A DNA stretch of 32,000 bases from Streptantibioticus rubrisoli (GCF_024436055.1 NZ_JANFNH010000046.1:538-32537); one strand, 5' to 3'. Counted from the first letter of the stretch, positions 9,801 to 20,480 are shown. Program-made: numbers and translations. Notes: a model not told the origin generated them from the sequence alone.

Positions 9801-12800
9801 CTGCGTATGGCCAACACCGTGCTGTTCGACCACCCCACGCCAGACCGGATCGCGGATCATCTGGCCGCTGGGTTCACCCGCCCGGCAACCGGTGGTGTGC
9901 CGCCGGAGCCCGGCGCCGTCGAGGCGGACGATCCGGTCGTGATCGTGGGCATGGCCTGCCGCTTCCCCGGCGGGGTGGCCTCGCCGGAGGAGCTGTGGGA
10001 CCTGATCTCGGGCGAGACGGACGCCATCTCCGCGATGCCCACCGACCGCGGGTGGGCGTCGGAGATGCTGGCGACCGGCAGGCCGGGCGGGTTTTTGTAC
10101 GACGCGGACCGTTTCGATGCGGCGCTGTTCGGGATCTCGCCGCGTGAGGCGCAGGCGATGGACCCGCAGCAGCGGCTGGCGCTGGAGGTGAGCTGGGAGG
10201 CCGTGGAGCGGGCCGAGATAGCTCCGTCGTCCCTGCACGGCAGCCGGACCGGGGTGTTCGTGGGGGCGATGGCCCAGGACTACGGTCCGCGGTTGAAGGA
10301 CACCGCCGGTGACGCGGAAGGGTATCTGCTGACCGGTACCTCGCCGAGCGTCCTTTCCGGCCGGATCGCCTACACCCTGGGGCTGCGGGGTCCGGCGCTG
10401 ACCGTGGACACGGCCTGCTCCTCATCGCTGGTGGCGTTGCATCTCGCAGCGCAGGCGCTGAGGGCCGGCGAGTGCTCCCTGGCCCTGGCCGGCGGTGTCA
10501 CCGTGATGTCCGAGCCGGGGATCTTCATGGAGTTCGCCCGGCAGGGCGGTCTGTCACCCGACGGCCGCTGCAAGGCGTACGCGGAGGCCGCGGACGGCAC
10601 CGGGTGGTCCGAGGGCGTGGGCATCCTGGTGCTGCAACGGCTCTCGGACGCGATCCGGGACGGCCACCATGTGCTGGCGGTCCTGCGCGGTTCCGCGGTC
10701 AACTCCGACGGCGCGTCGAACGGCTTGACCGCGCCGAGTGGGGTCTCGCAGCGGCAGGTGATCCGCCAGGCCCTGGGCGCTGCGGGCTTGGTGCCCTCGG
10801 ACGTGGACGCGGTGGAGGGGCACGGCACCGGCACCCGGCTGGGTGACCCGATCGAGGCTCAGGCGCTGTTGGCCACCTACGGGCATGACCGGGACCGTCC
10901 GCTGCTGCTGGGGTCGTTGAAGTCCAACATCGGGCACACCCAGGCCGCCTCCGGTGTCGCGGGGGTCATCAAGATGGTCCTGGCGATGCGGCATGGTGTG
11001 CTGCCTCGGACGCTGCACGTGGACGCGCCTTCGTCGCAAGTGGACTGGTCGGCCGGTGCCGTGGAACTGCTCACCGAAACCGTTCCGTGGCCGCGGGCTG
11101 AGCGGCCCCGCCGTGCGGGTGTGTCGTCGTTCGGGATCAGCGGCACGAATGCGCACGTGATCATCGAGCAGCCGCCACAGAACCGGCCCGCTCGTCCCGC
11201 TGTGCCCGCACCGGCCGCGCTCCCGGCACAGGCCGGGCCCGCGGTGGTGCCGTGGCCGGTGTCGGCACGTACCGAGGCGGCGCTTGAGGCCGGGCTGGAT
11301 CGGCTGACCGCCTTCGTGGCCGAGACCGGCGCGGCGGCGCCGGACGTCGGCTACTCGCTGGCGACGACACGCTCCGAGCTGGAGCACCGGGCGGTCCTGC
11401 TGGCGACGACGGGCACGGACGGCACCGTGCGCGGTGACGGGCAGGCCGCGCGGGTGGCCGGGGGCACCGCGGTCGGCGACCCCGGCCCCGTGGCGCTACT
11501 GTTCGCGGGCCAGGGCGCGCAGCGGCTGGGTATGGGCCGCGACCTGTACGCGCGGTTCCCTGTGTTCGCGGCGGCATGGGACGAGGTCTGCACGCTGCTG
11601 GACGAGCAGCTGGAGCGGCCGCTGCGCGAAGTGGTGTTCGGCGACGACGCGGGGCCGCTGAACCGTACCGAGTACGCCCAGCCCGCGCTGTTCGCCCTTG
11701 AGGTGGCCCTCTTCCGGCTGGTGGAGTCCTGGGGGGCGGTGCCCGACGTCCTGGTCGGGCACTCGGTCGGTGAGATCTCGGCGGCACACGTGGCCGGAGT
11801 GCTGTCCCTGCAGGACGCGTGCACGCTCGTCGCCGCCCGCGGACGGCTGATGCAGGCCCTGCCGGAAGGCGGCGCCATGGTCGCACTGCGGGCCACCGAG
11901 GCCGAGGTGGCGCCGCTGCTCGCCGCTTCTGGGGGCCGGGTGGGGCTGGCCGCGGTCAACGGCCCGCAGGCCGTGGTGGTCTCCGGAGAGACCGCCGCGG
12001 TCGAGGCGATCGCGGACCGGTTCGCGGCCGACGGGCGCAAGGCGACGCGGTTGCGGGTCAGTCACGCGTTCCATTCCCCGCTGATGACGCCGATGTTGGA
12101 CGGCTTCCGCACGGTCGTCGAGCGCCTGGCTCTGGGCGAGCCTCGTATCCCGATCGTCTCGACCGTCACCGGGGAGGAGATCGACGCGGAGCGGATCTGC
12201 ACTCCCGGCCACTGGGTGGAGCACGTCGGGCTGACCGTGCGGTTCGCCGACGCGATCGCCGCGGCGGCCGCGACCGGAGCGCGCACCTTCTTGGAACTGG
12301 GACCGGACGCGACGCTGTCCGCGCTGGTCCAGGACGTCCTGATCGGCGCGGAGGACGTCGAGGCGGTGCCGCTGCTGGGCCGAGACCGCGGTGAGGAGGC
12401 CACGGCGGTGACGGCGGCTGCCCGGCTGTACGTCCGCGGCGTGCCGGTGCGGTGGGCCGAGTTGTTCGCCGGGACCGGTGCGCGCCGCATCGCGCTGCCG
12501 ACTTATGCCTTCCAGCGCGACCGGTACTGGATCGCTTCCACAGACACTGGCCCGGCGGCCGGGGTGGTCTGCGCAGGCCTGGACAGTGCCGCGCCCGCCC
12601 GTCGGACCGCCGCCACCGAGGCCTCCGACCCGCTGGCCGGGCTGACGGGCGACCAGGCCCGGGCCCATCTGCTGCAGTTGCTGCGCGAGGAGGCCGCCGC
12701 GGTGCTGGGACTGGCGGGCCCGGCGGCGGTCGCGGCCGGACGGTCGTTCAAGGACCTGGGCTTCGACTCCCTGACCGCCAACCAGTTGCGCAACGCCCTG

Positions 12801-15800
12801 CGCGAACGCACGGGCCTGCGCCTCCCCTCAACACTGGTCTACGACCACCCGACCCCCGAAGCACTGGCCGCCCACCTGATGACCAGGCTGGATGGTGGGA
12901 CCGGCGAGCGGCACCAGGGCGCCGCACCGGCCCTGGCCACGACGCGCGGCCCGGCGGCCGGGACGCCCGATGCCGAGCCGATCGCGATCATCGGAATGAG
13001 CTGCCGCTTCCCCGGCCGGGTGCGTTCGCCCGAGGACCTGTGGGAGCTGCTGGTGACGGGCACGGACGCCGTCTCGCCGCTGCCCGCCGACCGCGGCTGG
13101 GACCCGGATGTCTACCACCCCGACCCGGAGCGGGCTGGCAAGACCTCCGCGGGGGCGGGTGGCTTCCTCGACGGGGCCGCCGGATTCGACGCGGGATTCT
13201 TCGGGATCTCCCCGCGTGAGGCGGCTGCGATGGACCCTCAGCAGCGGATACTGCTGGAGCTCGCCTGGGAGGCGTTCGAACGCGCCGGGCTCGACCCGGC
13301 CTCCCTGCGCGGAAGCACGACCGGCACGTTCGTCTCCGCGCTCCCCCAGACCTACGGTGCGGGAGCCTCGGCGGACGCCGACGGATACCAGCTCACCGGA
13401 ACGATCCCCAGCGTGCTGTCGGGCCGTCTGGCCTACTTCTTCGACTTGGCCGGGCCCTCGGTGACGGTGGACACGGCCTGTTCCTCCTCCCTGGTCGCGC
13501 TCCACACCGCGTGCCAGTCGCTGCGTTCGGGGGAAAGCAGCTTCGCTCTGACAGGCGGTGCGACGGTGCTGGCCAGCCCGGACGTGATGGTCTCGTTGAG
13601 TCGACACCGGGTCATGGCGCCGGACGGGCGGTGCAAGCCGTTCGCCGAGACGGCGGACGGCATGGGCATCGCCGAAGGCGCTGGCCTGCTGGTGCTGGAG
13701 AGGCTCTCGGACGCCCTGCGGCACGGCCACCAGGTGCTGGCCGTGATCCGTGGGTCGGCGGTGAACTCCGACGGTGCCTCCAACGGGCTGACCGCGCCCA
13801 GCGGTCCGGCGCAGCAGCGGGTCATCCGGCAGGCCCTGGCCAACAGCGGACTTGCCGCGTCCGAAGTCGACGCCGTCGAGGCACACGGTACCGGCACCGC
13901 GCTGGGCGATCCGATAGAGGCGCACGCACTGTCGGCCACCTACGGCCAGGACCGTGGCGGCAACCCGCCATTGCTGGTCGGCTCGATCAAGTCCAACATC
14001 GGGCACACCCAGACCGCCGCCGGTGTCGCGGGTGTCATCAAGATGGTGATGGCGCTGCAGCACGGCCAGCTGCCCAAGACGCTGCACGTCACCGAGCCGT
14101 CTTCGCGCATCGACTGGAACGCGGGCGCGCTCCGTCTGCTGAACGAGACCACGCCGTGGCCCCTTCTCGGCCGACCGCGGCGGTGCGCGGTCTCGGCATT
14201 CGGTATGAGCGGCACCAACGCGCACGCCATCCTTGAACAGGCTCCCACGCTCGCCGATCAGCCCGTGAGCGGGACCAACGCGCTGGCCGGACTCGTCCCG
14301 GCGCCCGCCGACCAGCCCCTGCCGGGCCCGGCATCGGGCGACCCGGTGGCCTGGCCGCTCTCGGGCAAGTCCACCGCCGCGCTACGCGCCCAGGCCCGGA
14401 AACTCCTCACCCACCTGGAGAACCACCCCGAGCTGCGGCTCATCGACGTCGGATACTCGCTAGCGACGACCCGTACCGCGTTCGAGCACCGGGCGGTGCT
14501 GGTCGGCGATGACCGCGCGGCGTTGCACGAGAGCCTGACCGCCCTGGCCCAGGGCACCCCGCATCCCGGTGTGCTGCGGGGAACCGCGCCCGAACGCGGC
14601 CCGGTGGTGTTCGTCTTCCCCGGTCAGGACGCGGCCTGGCCCGGAATGGCGGCCAAGCTCCTGGACGCCTCGCCCGTCTTCGCCGCCCGCGCCGAGGAGT
14701 GCCAGGCGGCCCTGGCCCCCTACGTCGACTGGTCGCTCGCCGACGTGATGCGTGGCGAGCGTGGTGCGCCTCCGTTCGAGGGGCGGCCCGACGTGCAGCA
14801 GCCCGTGCTGTGGGCCGTCATGGTCTCTCTCGCCGCTGTGTGGCGTTCGCTCGGGGTCGAGCCTGCTGCGGTTGTCGGTCATTCCCAGGGTGAGGTCGCT
14901 GCCGCCTGCGTCAGCGGCGGTTTGTCCCTGGAGGACGGTGCCCGTGTGGTGGCGCTGCGCAGCCGCCTGATCCGTGAACGGTTGTCCGGAAGCGGCGCGA
15001 TGATGTCGGTGATGGCCCCGCCCGAGCAGGTCCAGGCGGTGCTGGACGAGGTCGGCGGCGCGGTTTCGATCGCGGCGGTCAACGGCCCGAGGATCGTGAC
15101 GATCTCCGGCGACCCGGCCGCTCTGAACGAGGTCGAGCGCGGCCTGTCCGCTGCCGGGCTCATGCGCTGGCGGCTTCCCGGGGTGGACTTCGCCGCCCAC
15201 TCCGCGCACATCGACCAGATCGAGCCCGAATTGCTGGAGCTGTTGGCCGACGTAACGCCCCGCGCGTCGCAGGTGCCGTTCTACTCCACGGTGACCGGAG
15301 GCCGCCTGGACACCAAGGAACTGGACGCCCGCTACTGGTGCCGCAACCTGCGCGAGACCGTGTCCTTCGCCGAGACGATGACGGGCCTGGTGCGCGAGGG
15401 GCACGGCGTCATGATCGAGGTCAGCCCGCATCCCGTGCTCGCGGTCGGCACCATCGAGATCATCGAGAACGCGGGCAGCCTCGCGGTCACCCTGGGCACA
15501 CTGCGCCGCGACGACGGCGGATGGGACCGCGTCGTGCGCTCGCTGGGGGAGGCCCACGCCCACGGGGTGCCCGTCGACTGGCCGACGGTGCTGGCCGGTG
15601 GCCGCGCGGTGGACCTGCCGACCTACGCTTTCCAGCACGAGTCCTACTGGACCGCCCCGCCCACCCCGGCACCCCACACATCCGGCTCCGCCGCCGGACC
15701 GCTGTGGGAGGTGGTGGACCAGCAGGACGCCGCTGCCCTCGCCACGCTCATCGGTCTCGACGCCGAACACAAGGACGCTCTCGACGCGGTACTCCCCGCG

Positions 15801-18446
15801 CTGTCCGCCTGGCGCAAGCGGCAGGACCAGCACGCCCTGGTCAGTACCCGCCGCTACCGGACGGCCTGGACCCCCCTGCGCGTCCCCACCGACCCGACCC
15901 TGACCGGCACCTGGCTGGCCGTCACCACCGGCGGTGCCGACGACGCGGACGTATTGGACGCCCTGACCGCACACGGCGCCCGACTCCGCCGCGTGGTCCT
16001 CGACAAGACCTGCACCGCCCCCGAGACACTCACGGCACGACTCGGCGACCTCGACGGTACTGCCGGAGTGCTCTCGCTCCTCGCCGCGGCCGAGGAAGCC
16101 GACGCCGACCAGACCGCACTACCCGTCGGCCTGGCCCTGACCGTCTCCCTGACCCAGGCCCTGATGGCCTCCGGTACCCGGACGCCGTTGTGGACGGTGA
16201 CACGCGCCGCGGTCTGCACCGGCCCGGGCGACCCGGTACGCAACCCGCGCCAGGCCATGACCCTCGGACTCGCGCGTACCGCCACCCTGGAAGCACCCTC
16301 GCTGCGCGGCGGACTGGCCGACCTACCTGAGCGGCTCGATGCCGAGACAGCCAGCCGGTTCGCCTCGCTGCTCTCGCAGGGCCCGGGTGAGGACCAGGCG
16401 GCGGTGCGCTCTTCGGGCGTCCTCGTTCGGCGCTTGGTGAAGGCACCCGCACGGGCCGGCTCCCCCGCCACCTGGACACCCCGTGGCACGACTTTGATCA
16501 CCGGCGGTACCGGAGCCCTGGGCGGCAGGACCGCCCGCTGGCTCGCCCGGCAGGGTGCCGAGCACCTGGTACTGCTCAGCCGCCGCGGCCCCGCCGCACC
16601 CGGTGCCGCCGAGTTGATGGCGGAGCTGAACGCCCAGGGGACGACCGCCGAGACGGTGTCCTGCGACCTGACTGACAAGGACGCCGTGGCCGCCGTAATT
16701 GACGAGCTGTCAGCGAACGGTACCCCGGTGCGCTCGGTGTTCCACCTGGCCGGTACCCGCGCCCTCGGCCCGCTCGCCACGGCCAGTCTCGACCATGTCG
16801 CCGACGCGGTGCACGCCAAGGTGGCTGGTGCCACGCACCTCGACGAACTCCTCGGCGACACCGAACTGGACGCCTTCGTCCTGCCCTCGTCGGTGGCCGG
16901 AACCTGGGGCGTGGGCGACCACGCCGCCCAGGCGGCGGCCGGTGCGTACCTGGAGGCGCTGGCGGCACGGCGTCGCGCCCGCGGTGCCTGCGCGACAGCG
17001 ATCTTCTTCGGCCCCTGGGAAGAAGCCCGCGAGCAACTGGGCGAACGCGCCAGCGAGCGGCTCCTTCGCACCGGGGTGTCCTTCCTTGATGGCGGCATGG
17101 CCCTGGCTGGCCTCGCCCAAGCACTCCACGAGGACGAAAGCGCGTTGACGGTCGCCGACATCGACTGGAAGCGCTACCTCCCCGTCGTCACCACAGCAGG
17201 CCCCAACCCTCTCTTCAGCGAACTGCCCGAGGCCCAAGACCTCGCCGAGTCCGATCCCACCACCGCGAACGGCGAGTTCACGACGCGGCTACGGAGCCTC
17301 CCGGCCACCGAGCAGCGGCGACTGCTCCTGGACCTGATACGCAACGAGGCCGCGGCAGCGCTCGGCCACGCATCCGGCGACGCGGTCGCCGAGCACGCGG
17401 CATTCCGCGACCACGGGATGGATTCCCTGGCGGCGGTCGACCTGCGCAACCGGCTCGCTGCGGCGACCGGCACCGCCCTGCCCAGCACCGCCGTCCTTAC
17501 CCACCCCACCCCGGCCGACCTGGCCAGCCACCTCCTCGACCACCTGGCCACCATGCCGACACCCAACCAGGGCACCGTCGGCGCCTCCCCGACGGACCTG
17601 GTCGTCCGCCTCCACCGCGAGGCTGTTCGAACCAGCCGCCTGGAGGACGCCGACGCCCTGCTGTCCAGCCTCGCCGCCCTGAGGCCCAAGAGCACCGAGC
17701 CCCTCCCGCCCATCGTGGACCGGCTCACCGCCAGCACCTCGGGCCCCCGCCTGATCTGCGTGGCCCCGGTCGTGCCCCTGACCGGCCCGGACACCTACTT
17801 CGCACTCGCCCAAGCTCTCCCCGAACACTGGGCTATCTCCTGTCTCACGCCCCCCGGCTTCGGCAGGGACGAGGCCCTGCCCGCCACCCGCGAAGCACTC
17901 GTGGCAGGGCTGGCACGGGCCGTGGACGCCGAAACCAGCAGCGACAGCACCGCCAGCAACGCGGCCGCCGAGCCGGTGGTCCTCCTGGGCACCTCATCCG
18001 GCGGCATCCTTGCCCACGAAACCGCCCGTTACCTCGCTGACCACGGCACCGCTGTGCAGGCCGTCATCCTCCTGGACACCTACGACCTGCAAACCCCCAC
18101 CGCCCGCGCGCTCCTTCCCCATCTGTGGCACGGCCTGTACGAGCGCGAGCAGCTCACCGGCGGCTACACCGCCACCGCCTTGTCCGCCTATGCCTGGACC
18201 GAACGACTCCTCCGCACCTGGACCCCTGAGCCCGCCCCCTTCCCGACCCTGCTCCTACAGGCATCGGAGCTCTTCCCGGTCCCGCCGGGAACGGACACGG
18301 GACCGCACGGCTGGCAGACCACTCTTCCCCACATCACCACCACTCTCACTACGCCAGGCAACCACTTCACCCTCATCAACCAGCACGCTCTCACCGCCGC
18401 AACCCACATCACCGACTGGCTCAGTGAACGGGGGTGCACCGGCTGA
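6855..18446 (+). CDS. Trimodular type I polyketide synthase, 3863 aa: KSQ-AT-ACP / KS-AT-ACP / KS-AT-KR(inactive)-ACP-TE
   Basis: Start GTG with AGGGGAG upstream. KS active sites VDTGQSSS (7371-), VDTACSSS (Cys 10416-10418) and VDTACSSS (Cys 13479-13481). AT cores GHSQG/YASH, GHSVG/HAFH, GHSQG/FAAH. ACP serines at 9750-9752, 12768-12770, 17424-17426. [11 protein letters not shown]; terminal TE with GTSSG. Confidence 0.97.
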   Translation: MSRSESVRASDNAIAVVGVACRLPSAEDPQRFWRLLTGGTSAVAHVPPGRWSNEAPASGTTGRGAFLDEVDRFDAEFFGISPREARSMDPQQRLALELGWEVLEDAGVLPAALRGSDTGVFVGVTADDYSALDRRRGPSAVGHHTLTGLNRSVIANRISYFLGFRGPSLVVDTGQSSSLVAVHLACESLRRGESATALAGGVHLNLVRDSAVAADQLGALSPDGRCFTFDERANGYVRGEGAGMVLLKPLARALADGDEIYCVIEGSAVNNDGPAEGLTTPDPRGQQAVLRAACRRAGVDPAEVQYVELHGTGTRVGDPVEAAALGAFYGAGRLADSPLLVGSVKTNVGHLEGAAGITGLMKVVLSLRNGELPASLNFERPNSRIRFDEWRLEVVTATRPWPYRDGRALAGVSSFGMGGTNCHLIVSAAEPAPGMVPADAGANDVSGTVPWPLSGRTPDALRAQAADLARHMEENRHLDPVDVGFSLAATRTAFDQRAVVLAPGRTSGLGALEALADGASVPGVVRGTADVEGKTVFVFPGQGSQWAGMGAQLMVESPAFAERLADCAAALAPHVDWSLLEVLQQADGAPSLERVDVVQPVSWAVMVSLAALWQAHGVLPDAVVGHSQGEIAAACVSGSLSLQDAARVVALRSRIIARRLAGEGGMLSVPLPQAEVEARLSRWDGRISVAAVNGPASVVVSGGPEPLDALFEELAGAGVRVRRIAVDYASHSAQVEQVREELTTALEGIVPNRAQVPFFSTVTGGWLDTTAMDAGYWYRNLRQTVGFAPAVRALLGQGYRFFVEVSSHPVLTGGIQEITDGVGARAVAVGTLRRDLGGRDRFLTCLAELYVGGAPVDWSRTFAGTGARRVALPTYAFQRERYWLPEPTSGAAPQEAGEVAPVSGSGQAVVVDGHAAGMEQVRVGSDAAWTRAGLARLVRTETAVVLGHSSADQMNPARSFRELGFDSAMTVELVTRLRAATGLRMANTVLFDHPTPDRIADHLAAGFTRPATGGVPPEPGAVEADDPVVIVGMACRFPGGVASPEELWDLISGETDAISAMPTDRGWASEMLATGRPGGFLYDADRFDAALFGISPREAQAMDPQQRLALEVSWEAVERAEIAPSSLHGSRTGVFVGAMAQDYGPRLKDTAGDAEGYLLTGTSPSVLSGRIAYTLGLRGPALTVDTACSSSLVALHLAAQALRAGECSLALAGGVTVMSEPGIFMEFARQGGLSPDGRCKAYAEAADGTGWSEGVGILVLQRLSDAIRDGHHVLAVLRGSAVNSDGASNGLTAPSGVSQRQVIRQALGAAGLVPSDVDAVEGHGTGTRLGDPIEAQALLATYGHDRDRPLLLGSLKSNIGHTQAASGVAGVIKMVLAMRHGVLPRTLHVDAPSSQVDWSAGAVELLTETVPWPRAERPRRAGVSSFGISGTNAHVIIEQPPQNRPARPAVPAPAALPAQAGPAVVPWPVSARTEAALEAGLDRLTAFVAETGAAAPDVGYSLATTRSELEHRAVLLATTGTDGTVRGDGQAARVAGGTAVGDPGPVALLFAGQGAQRLGMGRDLYARFPVFAAAWDEVCTLLDEQLERPLREVVFGDDAGPLNRTEYAQPALFALEVALFRLVESWGAVPDVLVGHSVGEISAAHVAGVLSLQDACTLVAARGRLMQALPEGGAMVALRATEAEVAPLLAASGGRVGLAAVNGPQAVVVSGETAAVEAIADRFAADGRKATRLRVSHAFHSPLMTPMLDGFRTVVERLALGEPRIPIVSTVTGEEIDAERICTPGHWVEHVGLTVRFADAIAAAAATGARTFLELGPDATLSALVQDVLIGAEDVEAVPLLGRDRGEEATAVTAAARLYVRGVPVRWAELFAGTGARRIALPTYAFQRDRYWIASTDTGPAAGVVCAGLDSAAPARRTAATEASDPLAGLTGDQARAHLLQLLREEAAAVLGLAGPAAVAAGRSFKDLGFDSLTANQLRNALRERTGLRLPSTLVYDHPTPEALAAHLMTRLDGGTGERHQGAAPALATTRGPAAGTPDAEPIAIIGMSCRFPGRVRSPEDLWELLVTGTDAVSPLPADRGWDPDVYHPDPERAGKTSAGAGGFLDGAAGFDAGFFGISPREAAAMDPQQRILLELAWEAFERAGLDPASLRGSTTGTFVSALPQTYGAGASADADGYQLTGTIPSVLSGRLAYFFDLAGPSVTVDTACSSSLVALHTACQSLRSGESSFALTGGATVLASPDVMVSLSRHRVMAPDGRCKPFAETADGMGIAEGAGLLVLERLSDALRHGHQVLAVIRGSAVNSDGASNGLTAPSGPAQQRVIRQALANSGLAASEVDAVEAHGTGTALGDPIEAHALSATYGQDRGGNPPLLVGSIKSNIGHTQTAAGVAGVIKMVMALQHGQLPKTLHVTEPSSRIDWNAGALRLLNETTPWPLLGRPRRCAVSAFGMSGTNAHAILEQAPTLADQPVSGTNALAGLVPAPADQPLPGPASGDPVAWPLSGKSTAALRAQARKLLTHLENHPELRLIDVGYSLATTRTAFEHRAVLVGDDRAALHESLTALAQGTPHPGVLRGTAPERGPVVFVFPGQDAAWPGMAAKLLDASPVFAARAEECQAALAPYVDWSLADVMRGERGAPPFEGRPDVQQPVLWAVMVSLAAVWRSLGVEPAAVVGHSQGEVAAACVSGGLSLEDGARVVALRSRLIRERLSGSGAMMSVMAPPEQVQAVLDEVGGAVSIAAVNGPRIVTISGDPAALNEVERGLSAAGLMRWRLPGVDFAAHSAHIDQIEPELLELLADVTPRASQVPFYSTVTGGRLDTKELDARYWCRNLRETVSFAETMTGLVREGHGVMIEVSPHPVLAVGTIEIIENAGSLAVTLGTLRRDDGGWDRVVRSLGEAHAHGVPVDWPTVLAGGRAVDLPTYAFQHESYWTAPPTPAPHTSGSAAGPLWEVVDQQDAAALATLIGLDAEHKDALDAVLPALSAWRKRQDQHALVSTRRYRTAWTPLRVPTDPTLTGTWLAVTTGGADDADVLDALTAHGARLRRVVLDKTCTAPETLTARLGDLDGTAGVLSLLAAAEEADADQTALPVGLALTVSLTQALMASGTRTPLWTVTRAAVCTGPGDPVRNPRQAMTLGLARTATLEAPSLRGGLADLPERLDAETASRFASLLSQGPGEDQAAVRSSGVLVRRLVKAPARAGSPATWTPRGTTLITGGTGALGGRTARWLARQGAEHLVLLSRRGPAAPGAAELMAELNAQGTTAETVSCDLTDKDAVAAVIDELSANGTPVRSVFHLAGTRALGPLATASLDHVADAVHAKVAGATHLDELLGDTELDAFVLPSSVAGTWGVGDHAAQAAAGAYLEALAARRRARGACATAIFFGPWEEAREQLGERASERLLRTGVSFLDGGMALAGLAQALHEDESALTVADIDWKRYLPVVTTAGPNPLFSELPEAQDLAESDPTTANGEFTTRLRSLPATEQRRLLLDLIRNEAAAALGHASGDAVAEHAAFRDHGMDSLAAVDLRNRLAAATGTALPSTAVLTHPTPADLASHLLDHLATMPTPNQGTVGASPTDLVVRLHREAVRTSRLEDADALLSSLAALRPKSTEPLPPIVDRLTASTSGPRLICVAPVVPLTGPDTYFALAQALPEHWAISCLTPPGFGRDEALPATREALVAGLARAVDAETSSDSTASNAAAEPVVLLGTSSGGILAHETARYLADHGTAVQAVILLDTYDLQTPTARALLPHLWHGLYEREQLTGGYTATALSAYAWTERLLRTWTPEPAPFPTLLLQASELFPVPPGTDTGPHGWQTTLPHITTTLTTPGNHFTLINQHALTAATHITDWLSERGCTG
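6888..9870 (+). other. PKS loading region: KSQ (~6888-8150), AT0 with YASH (~8455-9520), ACP0 (~9640-9870)
   Basis: [18 protein letters not shown] has Gln (codon 7377-7379) in place of Cys; [13 protein letters not shown] (9036-9047); [15 protein letters not shown]. Confidence 0.9.
9930..12870 (+). other. PKS extension module 1: KS (~9930-11170), AT1 with HAFH, predicted malonyl-specific (~11490-12535), ACP1 (~12640-12870); no reductive domains
   Basis: [13 protein letters not shown]; GHSVGE; SHAFHSPLM (HAFH at 12063-12074); [15 protein letters not shown]. Confidence 0.92.
12975..17540 (+). other. PKS extension module 2: KS (~12975-14240), AT2 with FAAH (~14605-15650), KR (~15880-17120), ACP2 (~17295-17540)
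   Basis: [13 protein letters not shown]; [11 protein letters not shown]; [13 protein letters not shown] (FAAH at 15189-15200); [16 protein letters not shown]; [15 protein letters not shown]. Confidence 0.9.
17740..18446 (+). other. PKS C-terminal thioesterase domain
   Basis: [25 protein letters not shown]...[21 protein letters not shown]...VILLDTYD...[14 protein letters not shown]; alpha/beta-hydrolase fold with nucleophile elbow GTSSG and late GNHF. Confidence 0.88.
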
Positions 18447-18451
18447 ACGAC

Positions 18452-18473
18452 TCTGCCGCCTCTCGGCGGCAGA
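18452..18473 (+). terminator. Probable transcription terminator hairpin after the PKS gene
   Basis: Perfect 9-bp stem TCTGCCGCC / GGCGGCAGA with TCTC loop, 6 bp after the PKS stop codon. Confidence 0.65.
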
Positions 18474-18499
18474 CCCCCTCAGAAGAGTCCGGCGACCTT

Positions 18500-19716
18500 G
18501 TAGGTGCCGGAAAGTACATCCACGCTGGTCAGGCGGCATGTCGGTACGCGTGGAGAGTTCCGCCGAGTCGGTCGTGGCGGCGTATGTTCAGTTGGGTGAT
18601 CTGGTCCGGATCTGTGGTCGGTGTGGGCCGTGCTCTCAAGGGTGTGCCCTGGTCGAGGGTGCGGTGTGGGCGGTGGGTGTTGTAGTGGTGCTCGAACTCG
18701 CCTAGTGCGTTGATGAGATGGCGTTGGTTCCAGATCAGCGTCCGGTCGAGGAGCTCACGTCGGCAGGTTGCTATCCAGCGTTCCATGACCGCGTTCATCC
18801 GCGGCATCCTGACGCCGGTGAGCACGGTCTCGATCCCAGCGTCGGCGAGGATCGCGTCGAAGATGTGCGGGTACTTCCCGTCTCGATCTCGGATCAGGAA
18901 CCGGGCCCGGTATCCGGCGTCCTCCAGGTCCATGACCAGGTTCCGCGCGGACTGGGTGACCCAGGCGGCGTTCGGGTGGGCGGTTGCGCCAAGGATTCGA
19001 ACCCGGCGGCTGGCCTGCTCAATCACCGCCAACACGTCAGCCTGGTACTGGTGAGTGTGACAGCTTCGAAGAAGTCGCACGCCAGCAGGGCGTCGGCCTG
19101 TGAGCGGATGAAGGTTCCCCATGTCGTGGTGGGGCGCTGCGGCGAAGGGGCGATTCCCGCGGCGCGCAGGATCTCCCAGACGGTCGAGGCCGCGACCTTG
19201 CTCCCGGGCACCGCGAGCTCGCCATGGATCCGGCGATAACCCCAGGTCGGATTCTCGCGCGCTAGCCGGAGCGCGAGCAGCCGGATAGACCGGACCGTTC
19301 TTGGTCGACCCATGTGCTTCGGTCGTGACCGCATGGCGTGCTGGCGGCGGAGGATGTCGCGGTGCCAGCGCAGCACAGTGTCCGGTCTCACGAGCAGCCG
19401 CAGTCGGCGCAGGGTTTGCTGGGGGAGGGGGTAGAGGAGTGCGGCCAAACAAGGCCCGGCCTGCGGGCGTGAAGCGGGGACGGGCTCCGCGGAGCTGGCG
19501 CTCCAGCACGGCGAGTTGGTGCCGCAACGCCAGGATCTCCACGTCCTTCTCCCGGTCGCTCCTGGGCAGCAGCCGTAGCACAGCGAAGGCGTTAGCCATT
19601 GTCAGGTAGGCCAGGCGAGCAGCATGATCGATCATCATGCCCGGCAATGCCGACAGCCGGTGGCGAACAGCACGATACGTTCTCTGACCTGCATGGATGG
19701 ACTTCTCGGCACCCAC
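18500..19716 (-). mobile_element. Decayed IS element (rve/DDE integrase-type transposase family) with recognisable imperfect terminal inverted repeats
   Basis: Left end 18500-18532 GTAGGTGCCGGAAAGTACATCCACGCTGGTCAG matches the reverse complement of 19684-19716 (GTGGGTGCCGAGAAGTCCATCCATGCAGGTCAG) at 27/33 positions. Confidence 0.75.
18529..19635 (-). pseudogene. Transposase (rve integrase core), frame-disrupted
   Basis: ORF 18529..19788 carries the N- and C-terminal parts (LRHQLAVLERQL; VLAVIEQASRRVRILGATAHPNAAWV...RMNAVMERWIATCRRELLDRTLIWNQ...RRHDRLGGTLHAYRHAA). The middle part (LRRLRLLVRPDTVLRWHRDILRRQHAMRSRPKHMGRPRTVRSIRLLALRLARENPTWGYRRIHGELAV) lies in ORF 19023..19448. Confidence 0.85.
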
Positions 19717-19980
19717 AGGGCGAAGACCAGGTAGAGCAGACGTAGCGACACAGTCCGAGATCCTTCCGGAGCGCGGTGCTCTACCCATCGCTGCTGCCCA
19801 ACCGGCCAGGCCGAGTTCTGGAACCCGACAGGCCGTTCTGGTCGCTCTAACCCCAACAATTCGTCAGGTACTGGCCTTCACAACCGTCTTCCCGCTTACC
19901 GTCGCTTGGGCCTCCATCGCAGTCCTGCTGTCTTTGACGCCCGCCCTCACTCGCCGGCCTGGCGTCGGATAACCTACGCC

Positions 19981-20070
19981 ACGTCATCTGCTTGCTCCAT
20001 GGCGTGCCCGTGCCCAACGGCCGCGCCGAGTGGTACCGCAACCGCTGGCTCAAGGCACCCGCACGCTCAG
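19981..20070 (+). pseudogene. Possible tiny C-terminal remnant of a carotenoid oxygenase-like gene
   Basis: HVICLLHGVPVPNGRAEWYRNRWLKAPARSG resembles the GMVHGVRLRDGRAEWYRNRWVR segment of bacterial carotenoid oxygenases; no surrounding ORF. Confidence 0.35.
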
Positions 20071-20111
20071 GTAGTTGCTCGTCGGAGCGCCGAAAAGCGT
20101 CCGGGGCTGAG

Positions 20112-20480
20112 CTATGCAGAGGGATTGGCGTCGACGTACCGAGCGCTGCCGAAGCCCAGGATCGGGATCCCGATCCACGGAAGCAGCCACAGACCGACAC
20201 CGAACATGGTGCCCTTGTCGAACGACCTCGCGACGTCGATCGATACGACGAGGTGCACGATGACGTTGACTCCCGGGATGAGGTACAAGACCAGCCACCA
20301 ACCCGGCCGTCCCGCCACCTTGAGCCACAGGTACACGTTGTAGATCGGTATGATCACACCCCAGCCGGGTCGGCTGGCCTTCACCAGCACCCTCCACGTC
20401 GCCGCGATCTCCAAAACCGCCACGACAAGAGCGACGACCAGCACACCTACGTGGACAGGGGCGAAGCCTGACTCAGTCAT
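20112..20480 (-). CDS. Small membrane protein, DUF5684-like
   Basis: MTESGFAPVHVGVLVVALVVAVLEIAATWRVLVKASRPGWGVIIPIYNVYLWLKVAGRPGWWLVLYLIPGVNVIVHLVVSIDVARSFDKGTMFGVGLWLLPWIGIPILGFGSARYVDANPSA; PGW..IIPIYN and GRPGWW pattern with several hydrophobic segments. It is the tail of ORF 20112..21692. Confidence 0.75.
   Translation of the reverse strand: MTESGFAPVHVGVLVVALVVAVLEIAATWRVLVKASRPGWGVIIPIYNVYLWLKVAGRPGWWLVLYLIPGVNVIVHLVVSIDVARSFDKGTMFGVGLWLLPWIGIPILGFGSARYVDANPSA

Noticed and set aside
6888-15650. Large internal repeats within the PKS gene
   Set aside because: Explained by homology among the three KS-AT modules, not by an independent repeat element.
8775-15974. Series of long minus-strand ORFs (8775..10238, 10554..11387, 11496..12668, 12828..14225, 14460..15974)
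   Set aside because: All lie antisense to the single 3863-aa PKS ORF; repeated peptide patterns simply mirror the repeated KS/AT modules.
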